Assembly: GCA_965242585.1 (NCBI GenBank)
Contig: OZ251460.1
Location: 2,766,692-2,830,691 of the forward strand
Length of the DNA stretch: 64,000 nt
Direction of reading: 5' to 3'
Source: Limisphaerales bacterium
Lineage (GTDB): Bacteria > Verrucomicrobiota > Verrucomicrobiia > Limisphaerales > AAA164-E04
The position numbers and the translations under genes are program-made. Each line of letters starts with the position of its first letter. The stretch's first letter is position 1. The notes under the pieces are model-generated. The model searched no databases. It worked only from the letters and a program-made list of their open reading frames with translations, and was not told where the DNA came from. Positions 36,601 through 44,892 of the stretch are shown piece after piece.

Positions 36601-38182
36601 TTACCCACATCGTCGTGCCGTCCGACCAGAGACCTCGAGGTTGAATGTTTTCCGCCGCGTTCAAGGTGTCGAAGTCTTTCGTCGCGGCGCGCGTCTTCGC
36701 CAACAGATTGAATGCGTATATCTTGCTGTTGCGGTTTGTGCTGGCATCATAATCTGCCGCCCATAGTGTCGTGCCGTCCGACCAAATGCCTTGAATGTAG
36801 CGGCTTCCGATGACGCTTCGAGGGATGTCTTTGGAATTATCTCGAGTCTTGTCGCTTATTTTGTAGGCAAAGATTATATCCGCCGTGTCCGAAACCCACA
36901 TGGTCGTTCCATCGGACCAGATGCCGGTCGGATTGATGTTCCCCGCGGCTTTCAAGGTGTCGAAGTCTTTGGCGGAATCGTGTGTCTTATCCGACATTTT
37001 ATAGGCGTAGAGTTTGTCGTCCTCCCAATCGACTACCCACATCGTCGTTTTGTCAGACCAAAGGCCGATTGGATGAGTGTTTCCAGCGGCTTTCAGAGTG
37101 TCGAAGTCTTTGCCATAATCACGCTGTTTAGTGGCTAAATCGTAGGCGTAAAGCTTGCCGTCTCCCGCGTCGGCCACCCACAGCGTTTGCTCGTCGCTCC
37201 ACATACCGCGGGGAGCGTTGTTTCCGGCAGCGTTGAGGGCGTCGAAGTCTTGGACGGGGTTGCGAGAGGCGAAGAATAACGCGTGGTAGGCGTAAATCTT
37301 GTTGTCCGTTTGATCCGCAACCCACATCGTCTTCCCGTCGGACCAGATGCCGCGAGCTTTGTCATTCCCCGCAGCGTTCAAAGTGTTGAAATCCTTGGCA
37401 GCCTCCCGACTTTTGGTTTTCAGATTGTAGGCGTAGATCTTGTTTTCCTCGTGGTCCTCTATTCCTTGAAAATCGGACACCCACAGAGTCGTTCCATCCG
37501 ACCAAATGCCCTGAGGAAATCTGTTCCCGTCAGCGCTCAAAGTTTGGGGGTTAAAGTCTTTGGTGGCATCGCGGCTCTCGTCGCTCATTTTATAGGCGTA
37601 AAGTTTGCCGCCTTGGCTGTCCGCTATCCAAATCGTTGTTCCATCGGACCAGATTCCCGTTGGATTGGTGTTTCCGGCGGCTTTCAAGGTGTCGAAGTCT
37701 TTGACGGCATCGCGGCTTTTGGCGGCTAAATTGTAAGCGTAAAGTTTGTCGTCGTCCCAGTCAGATACCCACATCGTCGTGCCGTCCGACCAAATCCCGG
37801 AAGGATTAGCATTCTCGGCGTCCAAAGGGAAGTCTTGGGCGAGATCGCGTTGTTTGGTGGCCAAATTGTAGGCGTAAAGTTTCCCGTCTGAATTGTCGGC
37901 CACCCACATCGTTTTGCCGTCGGACCAGATTCCTTTCAGATTGTTGTTTCCAGCGACGCTAAGGGTGTTGAAGTCTTGGTTGGAATGGCGGTGAGTGGTG
38001 GATTGGGCCATTGCGGCTGGAAGGGAAAGGATCAACAGGGCGAGCGCGATTCCGAGAGAGAAGCTCGTCGCAACGCGCCAGCGGCGCAAAGAAACGACAA
38101 AAGGGAAAAAGGAAAAGAGAGCTTCGCCTTGCTTAGGAGAGTTTGTTGGGCGGGCGTCTCGGGATGCGTTGGACGTCTTCAT
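33695..38182 (-). CDS. Giant secreted repeat protein: about 20 'WSDGTTMWV..KIYAY' blades interleaved with 3 cadherin-like beta-sandwich domains
   Basis: Lies in ORF 33695..38536. The ATG at 38182 gives MKTSNASRD...SFSLGIALALLILSLPAAMAQ (signal). The repeat GIWSDG(T/K)TMWV(A/S)D...K(L/I)YAY has a 45-52 aa period. Three domains of the type LKSLKLSGV...YT..V...TTV.. (cadherin-like beta sandwich) are present. The stop lies 42 nt upstream of the LRR protein ORF. Confidence 0.85.
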   Translation of the reverse strand: MKTSNASRDARPTNSPKQGEALFSFFPFVVSLRRWRVATSFSLGIALALLILSLPAAMAQSTTHRHSNQDFNTLSVAGNNNLKGIWSDGKTMWVADNSDGKLYAYNLATKQRDLAQDFPLDAENANPSGIWSDGTTMWVSDWDDDKLYAYNLAAKSRDAVKDFDTLKAAGNTNPTGIWSDGTTIWIADSQGGKLYAYKMSDESRDATKDFNPQTLSADGNRFPQGIWSDGTTLWVSDFQGIEDHEENKIYAYNLKTKSREAAKDFNTLNAAGNDKARGIWSDGKTMWVADQTDNKIYAYHALFFASRNPVQDFDALNAAGNNAPRGMWSDEQTLWVADAGDGKLYAYDLATKQRDYGKDFDTLKAAGNTHPIGLWSDKTTMWVVDWEDDKLYAYKMSDKTHDSAKDFDTLKAAGNINPTGIWSDGTTMWVSDTADIIFAYKISDKTRDNSKDIPRSVIGSRYIQGIWSDGTTLWAADYDASTNRNSKIYAFNLLAKTRAATKDFDTLNAAENIQPRGLWSDGTTMWVTDSQDDKIYAYRLSDAASLIALNLTSKIPSISTGSATLLNPAFDGGTARYTASVPYASTNFTISPTALYTNSTTVSILPTDADATTTGHQVALNIGVNEIEITVTNALANSLPRTRTYTVNVKREFFTFNDPTKDIVLTSTSSMLRDIWVNDTTMWVADSGTTFTNENDNEYRKILAYNWTTKQPNPNKNFNLVSENDAPRGLWSDKTTMYVADAGGKIHAYGLTNRQPLNPTDDFNLHADNTEPQGIWSDGTTMWAADSRKRKIYAYKMSNKSRYLDERGNPSKDIDLALDNSSPTGIWSDGATMWVADKEDAKLYAYKLSENCPEPGKDFNTLKAVGNTDPWGLWSDGTTMWVLDSEDKKLYAYNQPLSGNASLKSLKLSGVYISTNLFSEAFSRDAPHYTTSDVRYNDAYVVYSTTSTTVEPTLSDSSAVFNIQPPDADPNTPNHQVTLAEGDNTISITVVAENKDAKQYTVNVTRKSGGRTSVKDFNLAMENTQPRAIWLDGTTWRVADANGKIYVYNGANSVTSSSLSTGNAHPQGLWSNNETEIRVTDNVSKKIYFYNLSMNPIKNGDNDKIASIPRPPGANRASQHLPRGLWSNGTTIWVANEGAIGTPPERKIYAYTIVNDASGTRLDPKPANNITLDGKYKPKSSDTYFFNTNPRELWSDGTTMWVEDSQRIYAYNMRKVNDQGNTVWDGAHDQHKDIDIGRLERNQTDRGIWSDGTTMWVAKGRKLYAYNLPQPGASTQSDDSEDSTLKDLKLSGVTLLPAFFPDHLFYTALVDHTVASTTVTASPNDSGATVDILWSSNLADTIHTANRGPQVSLKEGYNIIAVDVTAENGSIQTYLVEVTKAEAPPVSGGPLPAFQSASVGNNPSASSSAGLEEWKSRLIFAEPLLDGGVRFVFVVSAEEFAVEETVDLLGETWRTLPDDEVKILRESSGAGPDRLAIILPKAAGKQRFLRLTPQR
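34380..37960 (-). repeat. Coding tandem-repeat region of the giant protein
   Basis: A recurrent DNA motif, cacccacatggt(c/t)gt(g/t)cc(a/g)tc(c/g)gaccag (encoding WSDGTTMWV on the minus strand), appears about every 140-150 nt. Confidence 0.8.
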
Positions 38183-39099
38183 AAGATTTTGAAAATGCGG
38201 AATATGAACTTGTGAACAAAACTTTGGGTGAAGTTTGGCCGCCAAATGGGATGGTGTCAAGATTTTTTCATCTTTTTTGCGAAAGGCGGCGGATGGTGCG
38301 CGATTCTGGAGAAGAGAAGTCACTCGTTCTCGGGGGAGGGGGGGCAGAAGTTGGCCTTGGCGGGTTTTGGCCGTCTTTCGCGTTTCTGCAAATAAATTCC
38401 TCATAAATCCCCTCAAATTTTCAGCATTTTGACCATTTGTTACCGTCCAAAAAAAGGAAAGATAAATTGGATTGAAACAGAACGCAAGCTTCTTTCCAAG
38501 TTTTTTTGAGGAGGGAATTTTTGGGTTCTTTTTCAACGGTTTTGGCGGTTGCTTGCAGGATTTGTTGCGGGTTGCTGAATTTATGCGAAGGGCGGTTGGG
38601 TTGGATAGGTTTTTGCGGAGGATTTCTTCGGCTGTTTTTTGTCAACGAGCCGTTGGCTTTGGAAAATTTTGGGATTGCCCAGCAATCGCTCGGCAAAAGT
38701 ACGTAAGTGGGTGGGATTGAGTTCTCTTTTCGCGCCGAACGCATTTTTCCAGCAAAAATCTACCTTTTCAGCAGACGATAATGGCGCGGCCGCAGCATTG
38801 GTCTCCCATGGAAGCAACCGAGAAAATCAAGCTCGGCGAACTCCGGGCAATCCAGGATCGTTGGCGAGTTGGGGAGGCGTCAAGGAAGAGAAACCGACGC
38901 CAAAAAATGGCCGAGCAAGACCGGACTATTGGAGAGTGGAAGAAGATGGACACAGATATTCGTGGCAACGGAAAAGTAGGCCTGAATGCTGGGTTGGTCT
39001 TTTTAGAAAAGTGAAAGAACTGGTTCTAGGAGGTAATTGCGGTATAAACAAGCAACTGCTTTATTAGGCGCTTTCTTCATTCATTATTTTTCGCTAATA

Positions 39100-39900
39100 G
39101 AAAGATTGATGGAGGTCAGACCTGTCGGTTAAGTTCAGCTTTGGTTGCGAGCCTCCGAGTTTTGGCTTGGGGGTGGGTGGTTGGGAATTTATGCTGTTCC
39201 TCGCAGAGCCAGATCTAACTAAGGGCGCCCTATTTGCTGGCGCAACCCGGGACGAGGCTGGTTGCCAACCGGCTAAGGCTCCTTGCCCTCTGCTCCATAA
39301 ATACCGGAGCAAGGTTGCTGAGGGAAACGCTTGCCCCCTCACTTCGACTAGGGGAATACTATGGACCGGCACAAGAACCCTTAGACCAAGAAGGGACTCC
39401 TCCCCTAAGGGTGGGGAACCGGGAAAGCCGCTCCGGGACGCTCGGCCAGAGAAGCAGGCTAGGGACTGCCCTCTCGCATAAAGGCTCCTCCTCTCCCCCA
39501 ATGGAATCGGCGCCCGCAGCAGCAACCGCCCGCCATCCCGCAGACAGCTCCGCAGCAGCAGCAGCAGCAGCGGGACTGCCCCGCTTCCTCTGCTGGCGAC
39601 CAAGAAGAATTCCGACCGAGCCAAGCGCTCTGGCGCATGGAGCGAGCGGAGGAGGGCGACCAGAACCGCCCACCAGCCCCAACCCTCAGAAGAAAGCCCG
39701 CAGGGCCGCCCCAAAACAGCCGGCTCTCCTTCCCGGAAAGGAAACCCGGCTGGAGAGCGATAGCAGAAACGCAACCCAGCCGAGCGGCCGGTCTGGCGCG
39801 GGACAGGCTATTTTGGCCCCGAACCTTCTCCCGCCAGAACAACCAGAACCTTATATTCATCCGGCTCATCGCACTCGCAATCATCTGCGAAATGCTCCAT
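39100..39900. other. GC-rich block without a credible CDS (candidate structured RNA or decayed DNA)
   Basis: Long mutually overlapping ORFs lie on both strands (39094..39774 minus, 39234..39920 plus), both giving low-complexity Arg/Pro/Ala/Leu-rich translations. Local hairpins are visible, for example tgctcc-ataaatacc-ggagca (about 39291-39311), cccct-cacttcgact-agggg (about 39335-39354) and gctctcc...ggagagc (about 39723-39758). Confidence 0.3.
39553..39570. repeat. (CAG)6 microsatellite
   Basis: cagcagcagcagcagcag inside the GC-rich block. A further (CAG)2 lies about 30 nt upstream. Confidence 0.9.
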
Positions 39901-40059
39901 TACCACCCGACACGAACTAGTCGATCAAGCGTTTGGGGCGGAGTTCGTATTGAGAAGCCGGGCCTTCATGTCTCTGCACTGCAAAATCGCGGGGATGGAC
40001 GAAGGAGATTTTTAATCGCGGCGGTTTCTTTTTCAAAAAAATGGGGAGGCGGTTTGCGC

Positions 40060-40089
40060 TTGACTCTTTGGATCGCCTTCTCGTTTAAT
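40060..40089 (+). promoter_or_regulatory. Candidate sigma70-like promoter for xylA
   Basis: TTGACT (40060-40065), an 18-nt spacer, then TTTAAT (40084-40089). The xylA ATG follows at 40107, implying a very short leader with no obvious Shine-Dalgarno sequence. Confidence 0.3.
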
Positions 40090-40106
40090 CCTCGCCGAAT
40101 TAACTC

Positions 40107-41423
40107 ATGGCTACAACTGCATTTCCGAAAATCGAAAAGATTCGCTACGAGGGCGCCAAGTCCAAAAACCCTCTTTCGTTCAAACATTACGACGAAAACG
40201 AAGTGATTGAAGGCAAGACGATGAAGGAACACTTGCGCTTTTCCGTGGTCTATTGGCACTCATTCCGCAATCCTCTTTCCGATCCCTTTGGCGCCGGAAC
40301 CGCTCTTCGCCCTTGGGACGATGGCTCGGATTCAATCAAAAACGCCCAAAACCGCGCCCGCGCCGCCTTTGAGTTTTTTGAGAAACTGGGCGCTCCGTTT
40401 TACGCTTTTCACGACAGAGACGTCGCGCCGGAAGGCGACAGCCTGCGCCAATCCAACCAAAATCTGGACTCGGTAGTCCAAGTGTTGCAGGCCGAACAAG
40501 AGCGCAGCGGCGTCAAACTGCTTTGGGGAACGGCCTGCTTGTTCACCCATCCGCGCTTTGTTCACGGCGCCGCCACCAGCTGCAACGCTGATGCCTTTGC
40601 CTTTGCCGCCGCCCAAGTGAAAAAGGCTTTGGAAGTCACTCTGGAACTGCAAGGCGAAGGCTACGTGTTTTGGGGCGGGCGGGAAGGCTATTCCACACTT
40701 TGGAACACCAATCTGAAACGAGAGTTGGACAACTTGGCGCGTTTCCTGCATATGGCGGTGGATTACAAAAAGGAAATCGGCTTTTCCGGGCAATTTTACA
40801 TTGAGCCCAAGCCAAAGGAACCCACTAAGCATCAATACGACTCGGATGCGGCGGCTTGTTTGAACTTTCTGCGAGAATACGACTTGCTGGATGAATTCAA
40901 GTTGAACGTGGAGACCAATCACGCAACGCTGGCCGGCCACACAATGCAACACGAGCTGGAAGTGGCGGCGGCGGCCAACGCATTAGGATCCATCGACGCC
41001 AACTCCGGCGACTTGCTGCTGGGCTGGGACACCGACCAGTTTCCAACGGATATTTACCTAACAACCCAATGCATGTTGGCCATTCTCAAAAAAGGCGGGA
41101 TCACGCCCGGCGGGGTCAACTTCGACGCCAAAGTGCGGCGAGAAAGCTTTGCGCCGGAGGATTTGTTTCACGGACACATTGTGGGGATGGACTCCTTTGC
41201 GCGGGGGCTTCGAACAGCGGCGGCCATTCGAGCGGACGGACGACTGGAAGAATTTGTGCGCAACCGCTATGCGTCTTGGGACAAGGGAATCGGCGCCCGC
41301 ATCGAATCCGGCCAAGCCTCTTTCGCAGAACTAGAAGCCTACATCCTCCAAAAGACCAAGCCGATCCAAAACCAAAGCGGACGGCAAGAATGGCTGGAAG
41401 GCTTGATCAACGAGTTCATCTAA
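40107..41423 (+). CDS. xylA: Xylose isomerase
   Basis: 438 aa. It has [50 protein letters not shown] and [11 protein letters not shown], all classic XylA blocks. Confidence 0.95.
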   Translation: MATTAFPKIEKIRYEGAKSKNPLSFKHYDENEVIEGKTMKEHLRFSVVYWHSFRNPLSDPFGAGTALRPWDDGSDSIKNAQNRARAAFEFFEKLGAPFYAFHDRDVAPEGDSLRQSNQNLDSVVQVLQAEQERSGVKLLWGTACLFTHPRFVHGAATSCNADAFAFAAAQVKKALEVTLELQGEGYVFWGGREGYSTLWNTNLKRELDNLARFLHMAVDYKKEIGFSGQFYIEPKPKEPTKHQYDSDAAACLNFLREYDLLDEFKLNVETNHATLAGHTMQHELEVAAAANALGSIDANSGDLLLGWDTDQFPTDIYLTTQCMLAILKKGGITPGGVNFDAKVRRESFAPEDLFHGHIVGMDSFARGLRTAAAIRADGRLEEFVRNRYASWDKGIGARIESGQASFAELEAYILQKTKPIQNQSGRQEWLEGLINEFI

Positions 41424-41467
41424 GCCCGCGCAAACGACTTGCCAATGCGACGAAACGGAGTCCGAAG

Positions 41468-41662
41468 ATGAATGATCCAGAAATCATCGAATACTTGCAA
41501 GGCAGGATCAAAGAACTGGAAAAAGAAGCGAAGGAATCCATACCTATTTACGGCATGCCTTCTTATCCACTCCACAGGTGCTACAGCCGAATTAACGCAT
41601 TGGAAGAAGAGATTAAAATTCTAGCGAATAAAGGACGAAAACAAAGGCAAAAAAACACTTGA
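41468..41662 (+). CDS. Small hypothetical coiled-coil protein (64 aa)
   Basis: An ATG within ORF 41069..41662 gives MNDPEIIEYLQGRIKELEKEAKES... No family recognised. Confidence 0.25.
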   Translation: MNDPEIIEYLQGRIKELEKEAKESIPIYGMPSYPLHRCYSRINALEEEIKILANKGRKQRQKNT

Positions 41663-41892
41663 ATCAAAACCGAAGGCATGCCGTCAAACAGCCCCTCGGT
41701 GTCTGTCTCCGCAAATCCGTCGACCACTTGCGCCACATCGCGAAGCCATAACTGCGTTCCATCGCGGCGACTCCGAAGCAGAATGCCTTCAAAGTCCGCG
41801 CCCCGATAAGCCTGCCCCTTAGTTCGCAACAAAATCTCGCCGCCTTCCGTCTTCACCGAGCCGCCGGGCAAATCAAAAGAACGGCGCCGCAC
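41660..41892 (-). pseudogene. Fragment of an RND (AcrB-type) efflux transporter
   Basis: DLPGGSVKTEGGEILLRTKGQAYRGADFEGILLRSRRDGTQLWLRDVAQVVDGFAETDTEGLFDGMPSVLIQV matches the periplasmic porter subdomain pattern of RND pumps. Only about 75 aa are present. Confidence 0.6.
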
Positions 41893-41905
41893 CGCCGCCG
41901 CTACT

Positions 41906-42364
41906 TTATCGAGGAGGTGGGCGCGACGGACCTAAAGCGTCTGATAGGTGATGCGCTTGCTGAATCTTCTCTTCAGGAATTTCCAACTGTCGAAGGGCTT
42001 CATCATACTGCTGTCGCGCTTCTTCGCGCGCTTGCTTTTCCGCTTCTTTGCGGGCTTGTTCCTGCAAATTCAAAATCCTTGTTGCCTCTTCCTCTTTGCG
42101 CCTTTCTATCTGTCGACGAAAAAAATCTCCTGCACTCATGAGACCAAATACACTCCAATCTACTGCTTGATAAGCGAACCAAACGATAAGAACCGATGCG
42201 AATATTCTTTCTCCTGCGGCAAGAACAAACGAATCCCAATCTTTCCGCTCCAATCGAGCAATGTTCCATCCTCCGAAAATAAGCAGAACCGTATAGAACC
42301 AAATCTCATGCTTTTTTCGAATTCCCCATATCGCCTGCCTCTCTTTGTCCTCATCCTCGGCCAT
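41906..42364 (-). CDS. Hypothetical membrane protein with charged coiled-coil tail
   Basis: Two hydrophobic segments (IWFYTVLLIFGGW, IFASVLIVWFAY) are followed by RRKEEEATRILNLQEQARKEAEKQAREEARQQ. Confidence 0.4.
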   Translation of the reverse strand: MAEDEDKERQAIWGIRKKHEIWFYTVLLIFGGWNIARLERKDWDSFVLAAGERIFASVLIVWFAYQAVDWSVFGLMSAGDFFRRQIERRKEEEATRILNLQEQARKEAEKQAREEARQQYDEALRQLEIPEEKIQQAHHLSDALGPSRPPPR

Positions 42365-42372
42365 CTTCTTTC

Positions 42373-42657
42373 TTATCGGCCATATATCCGTCTATTTGTT
42401 TCTCTAACGATACTCTTCATTTGCGAGTCAAGCTGTCTAAATCGCAACTGACGCTGCTGAATCTCTAATTGCTTGCGCTCATGCCTTTCCTTGTTCAGCA
42501 AAGCCTGCAGTGCCGCGCCTTTCTCATCGCCAGACGCTCTGCGCTCTTCCACCGTCATTCCATCATCGTAAATGGGAATATCTGCAATTTCTTTTCCGGT
42601 GGACGCGCAACCAACCGCGAAAACCACCACCGCTAAATACAGCAATTCTTTTTTCAT
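42373..42657 (-). CDS. Small lipoprotein
   Basis: MKKELLYLAVVVFAVGCAS is a lipobox. Its stop lies 8 nt upstream of the start of the following membrane protein gene. Confidence 0.5.
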   Translation of the reverse strand: MKKELLYLAVVVFAVGCASTGKEIADIPIYDDGMTVEERRASGDEKGAALQALLNKERHERKQLEIQQRQLRFRQLDSQMKSIVRETNRRIYGR

Positions 42658-42782
42658 TTCTACTCTCCAAATCTTTTTTCTCGGTAGACTTTCCCACCGT
42701 TAATTGTCCGCAAGGTTGTAGTGCATATTTTTGTGAACAATACGACTCGATTCCCGGTTTGTCAAAAACTTTTTCAATTTTT

Positions 42783-42989
42783 TCAACCCGCTTGAAACCC
42801 GACAAAAGCGCAGACGAGATGAACGAAAGCCATGAAAGTTTTCGCCAGTTTGTCGTAGCGAGTGGCAATGCGGCGGAATTCCTTGATTCGACAAAAGAAC
42901 CGCTCCACCTTCTGCCGCCTCTGACCCGCCGGTCGTTTCTTTGAATCGTATTGCAACTTGGCTCGCTTATGCTGGCGTTTGGGAATGGG
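42783..42989 (-). mobile_element. C-terminal fragment of an IS5-family DDE transposase
   Basis: IPKRQHKRAKLQYDSKKRPAGQRRQKVERFFCRIKEFRRIATRYDKLAKTFMAFVHLVCAFVGF. The ERFF..K.FRRIATRYDK block is the hallmark C-terminus of IS5-family transposases. The N-terminal about 250 aa are absent. It abuts and overlaps the histidine-kinase stop. Confidence 0.7.
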
Positions 42990-44772
42990 CATCGCGGGAG
43001 CGGATGGCTTTAACGGGGACTGACAGATTCGGAGACGAGTCTTGCGCAATCGGCAATACAATGGTGATGGCGGAGCCTTCCCCGACGGCCGAGCGGAGCT
43101 TGATTTGCCCGGAATGGGCTTCGACAATGCGCCGCACGATGGCAAGCCCCAGTCCGGCGCCGGCGGGTTTCTGGCTTCCTAAAACCGAACCGAACGCCCG
43201 CACTAATGTTTGCCCGGCCATGCCTTCGCCGGTGTCTTTGAATTGGACGGCGATTTGCCGATGGTTGGTTTTGGAATGCCGCTCTTTCAACGGCCAAGTG
43301 CTTATGGTCAAGCGGCCTCCCCGCAGCATGGCTTCGACGGCGTTAAGCGCCAGGTTGAGGAAGGCTTGCTCCAATTGGCCGGGATCTGCCTGTATGGGCG
43401 GAGTTTGGGGATTGAGTTCGTAGCGCAACTCTATGCCGTGTTTGTTGAGTTTGTGGCGAACGAGAAGCCGCAGGTCTTCCAAAAGCGCGTTGGGGCGAAC
43501 TTGTTGCCAAGCGGGTTCGCTACGGCGGGCGTAGGCTAAGATGCGTTCCAAGATGCGGTTCAAACGATCAATGGTCTGGCCGAGTATGCGGGCGTCCTCG
43601 GAACGGGGATCCTTTTCCTCAAACTGCAAATCCAAGGCATGGTAAATCATCTTAATCACGGTCAAGGGATTGCGAATTTCGTGCGCCATCTCCGCCGCCA
43701 AAAGCCCAAGTGCGGAAAGTTTCTCGTTGTGACGGAGCTTTTCTTCGAGTTCGCGCAAGTGTTCGTAGAGGCGGGCCCGCTCAATGGCGGCCGCAGCGGC
43801 GGAGGCAAATACGGCCAAAACGCGGATTTCTTCGTCGGAAAAGTTGTGTCGCTTGCCGGTGTAGAGATTGAGAACGCCGATGCAGTGTTGCCGATGGATC
43901 AAGGGAGCGCAAAGAAGGGAAACCAGCCCCTCCACTTCGGCCACGGCGGTATGTCGATAGATGCCCGAAGCGCGAACATCAAGGACTTGCACGGCGCGGC
44001 GGCTTCTTACAACGGTTCCGGCTAGGCTTTCGCGCAAATCTAAGCAGGGTTTTCCCAAGTAGTTTTGTCCGGCGCCATCGGCGGAGCAAAGTTCCAAGCG
44101 CCCGCCGGTTGCATCCAAAAGAAGCAGGGAACAGAGTTTGGCCGACATCAGCTTGCGCGCTTCGCGAGTCACGGCGTCCAACGCTTCGTTCAGGTTGACG
44201 GCGGACTGCACAACCTGATTGACGGCGGCCAAAGACTCGAACATCCGCGCCTTGAATCGAAGCTGCTCGTGAAGCCAAGTGTTCTGCATCACTTTGGCCG
44301 CTTGAAGAGCCAGTTCTTCCAGAACGGCTTGATCTCCCGCGGTGAAAGCGTGTTTCTCATCCGAATCCACGTTGAGAACCCCTCGCACTTTGTCCCCCAC
44401 GTCCAACGGCGCCGCCAACTCAGAGTTCACCCCGCTGCGCACGGGAACGTATCGAGGATCGATCGTGACATCGCCGCTTCGCGCCGACTGGCCCGTGCGC
44501 GCCACCCATCCAGTAATCCCCTGCCCCACCCGCAAGCAAAACCCGCGCGAATCCGCCGGCAAACCGCACCCCGCCTCAATCTCCAACAGTCCGGTCGTCG
44601 GATTCACCAACGAAACCGAAGCCGAGTTGGCGCGCGTCAACTTCATCGCCTGCTCCAAAATAATGTCCAGAGCCGTCCCAATCTCCAACGAAGAATGCAG
44701 AACCTTGCCCACCTCATAAAGCCGCCTCAACTGCTCATACTTCACCGCCAAATCATCCGATGCATCACTCAC
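42967..44772 (-). CDS. Sensor histidine kinase with two GAF domains (no adjacent response regulator)
   Basis: Two GAF-like domains are present (..GQGITGWVARTGQSARSGDV.. and ..LAGTVVRSRRAVQVLDV..). It has the H-box AAEMAHEIRNPL, N-box LNLALNAVEAM, G1 KDTGEGM and G2 GAGLGLAIV. The ORF extends to 45054, but that would overlap the helicase start. GTG at 44772 (MSDASDDLAVKYEQ) is proposed, and the start is uncertain. Confidence 0.8.
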   Translation of the reverse strand: MSDASDDLAVKYEQLRRLYEVGKVLHSSLEIGTALDIILEQAMKLTRANSASVSLVNPTTGLLEIEAGCGLPADSRGFCLRVGQGITGWVARTGQSARSGDVTIDPRYVPVRSGVNSELAAPLDVGDKVRGVLNVDSDEKHAFTAGDQAVLEELALQAAKVMQNTWLHEQLRFKARMFESLAAVNQVVQSAVNLNEALDAVTREARKLMSAKLCSLLLLDATGGRLELCSADGAGQNYLGKPCLDLRESLAGTVVRSRRAVQVLDVRASGIYRHTAVAEVEGLVSLLCAPLIHRQHCIGVLNLYTGKRHNFSDEEIRVLAVFASAAAAAIERARLYEHLRELEEKLRHNEKLSALGLLAAEMAHEIRNPLTVIKMIYHALDLQFEEKDPRSEDARILGQTIDRLNRILERILAYARRSEPAWQQVRPNALLEDLRLLVRHKLNKHGIELRYELNPQTPPIQADPGQLEQAFLNLALNAVEAMLRGGRLTISTWPLKERHSKTNHRQIAVQFKDTGEGMAGQTLVRAFGSVLGSQKPAGAGLGLAIVRRIVEAHSGQIKLRSAVGEGSAITIVLPIAQDSSPNLSVPVKAIRSRDAHSQTPA

Positions 44773-44892
44773 AACGACAACAAACAAACACCAAACCAAG
44801 CCAACCCGCAAACAAGACTTTTTCCTTTTCAAAAACCCGCCCTTCCCGTACAAAAACCAGTTTGACGCCGACAGGAAAAACAGTTTGCTCCC

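Noticed and set aside
32731-37960. Considered the regular tandem repeats as a possible CRISPR array or non-coding satellite.
   Set aside because: The repeats are in frame inside long ORFs (LRR units of 72-75 nt and blade units of about 140-150 nt). There are no unique spacers, no cas genes, and no short palindromic repeat structure.
39100-39900. Tested the GC-rich block for RNase P RNA, tmRNA, SRP RNA and tRNA-like ends.
   Set aside because: Only a short CCGGAGCAAGG match to the RNase P J15/16-like region was seen. There is no GAGGAAAGUCC (P4), no ACAGAACCCGGCUUA, no tmRNA GGGG..UUCGAC 5' end or T-arm/CCA 3' end, and no SRP GGAA-tetraloop helix 8 consensus.
39094-39920. 226-aa (minus) and 228-aa (plus) ORFs in the GC-rich block.
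   Set aside because: They overlap each other almost completely. Both give Arg/Pro/Ala/Leu-rich low-complexity products, including poly-Ala or poly-Leu from the CAG tract. Neither has a motif or a start context.
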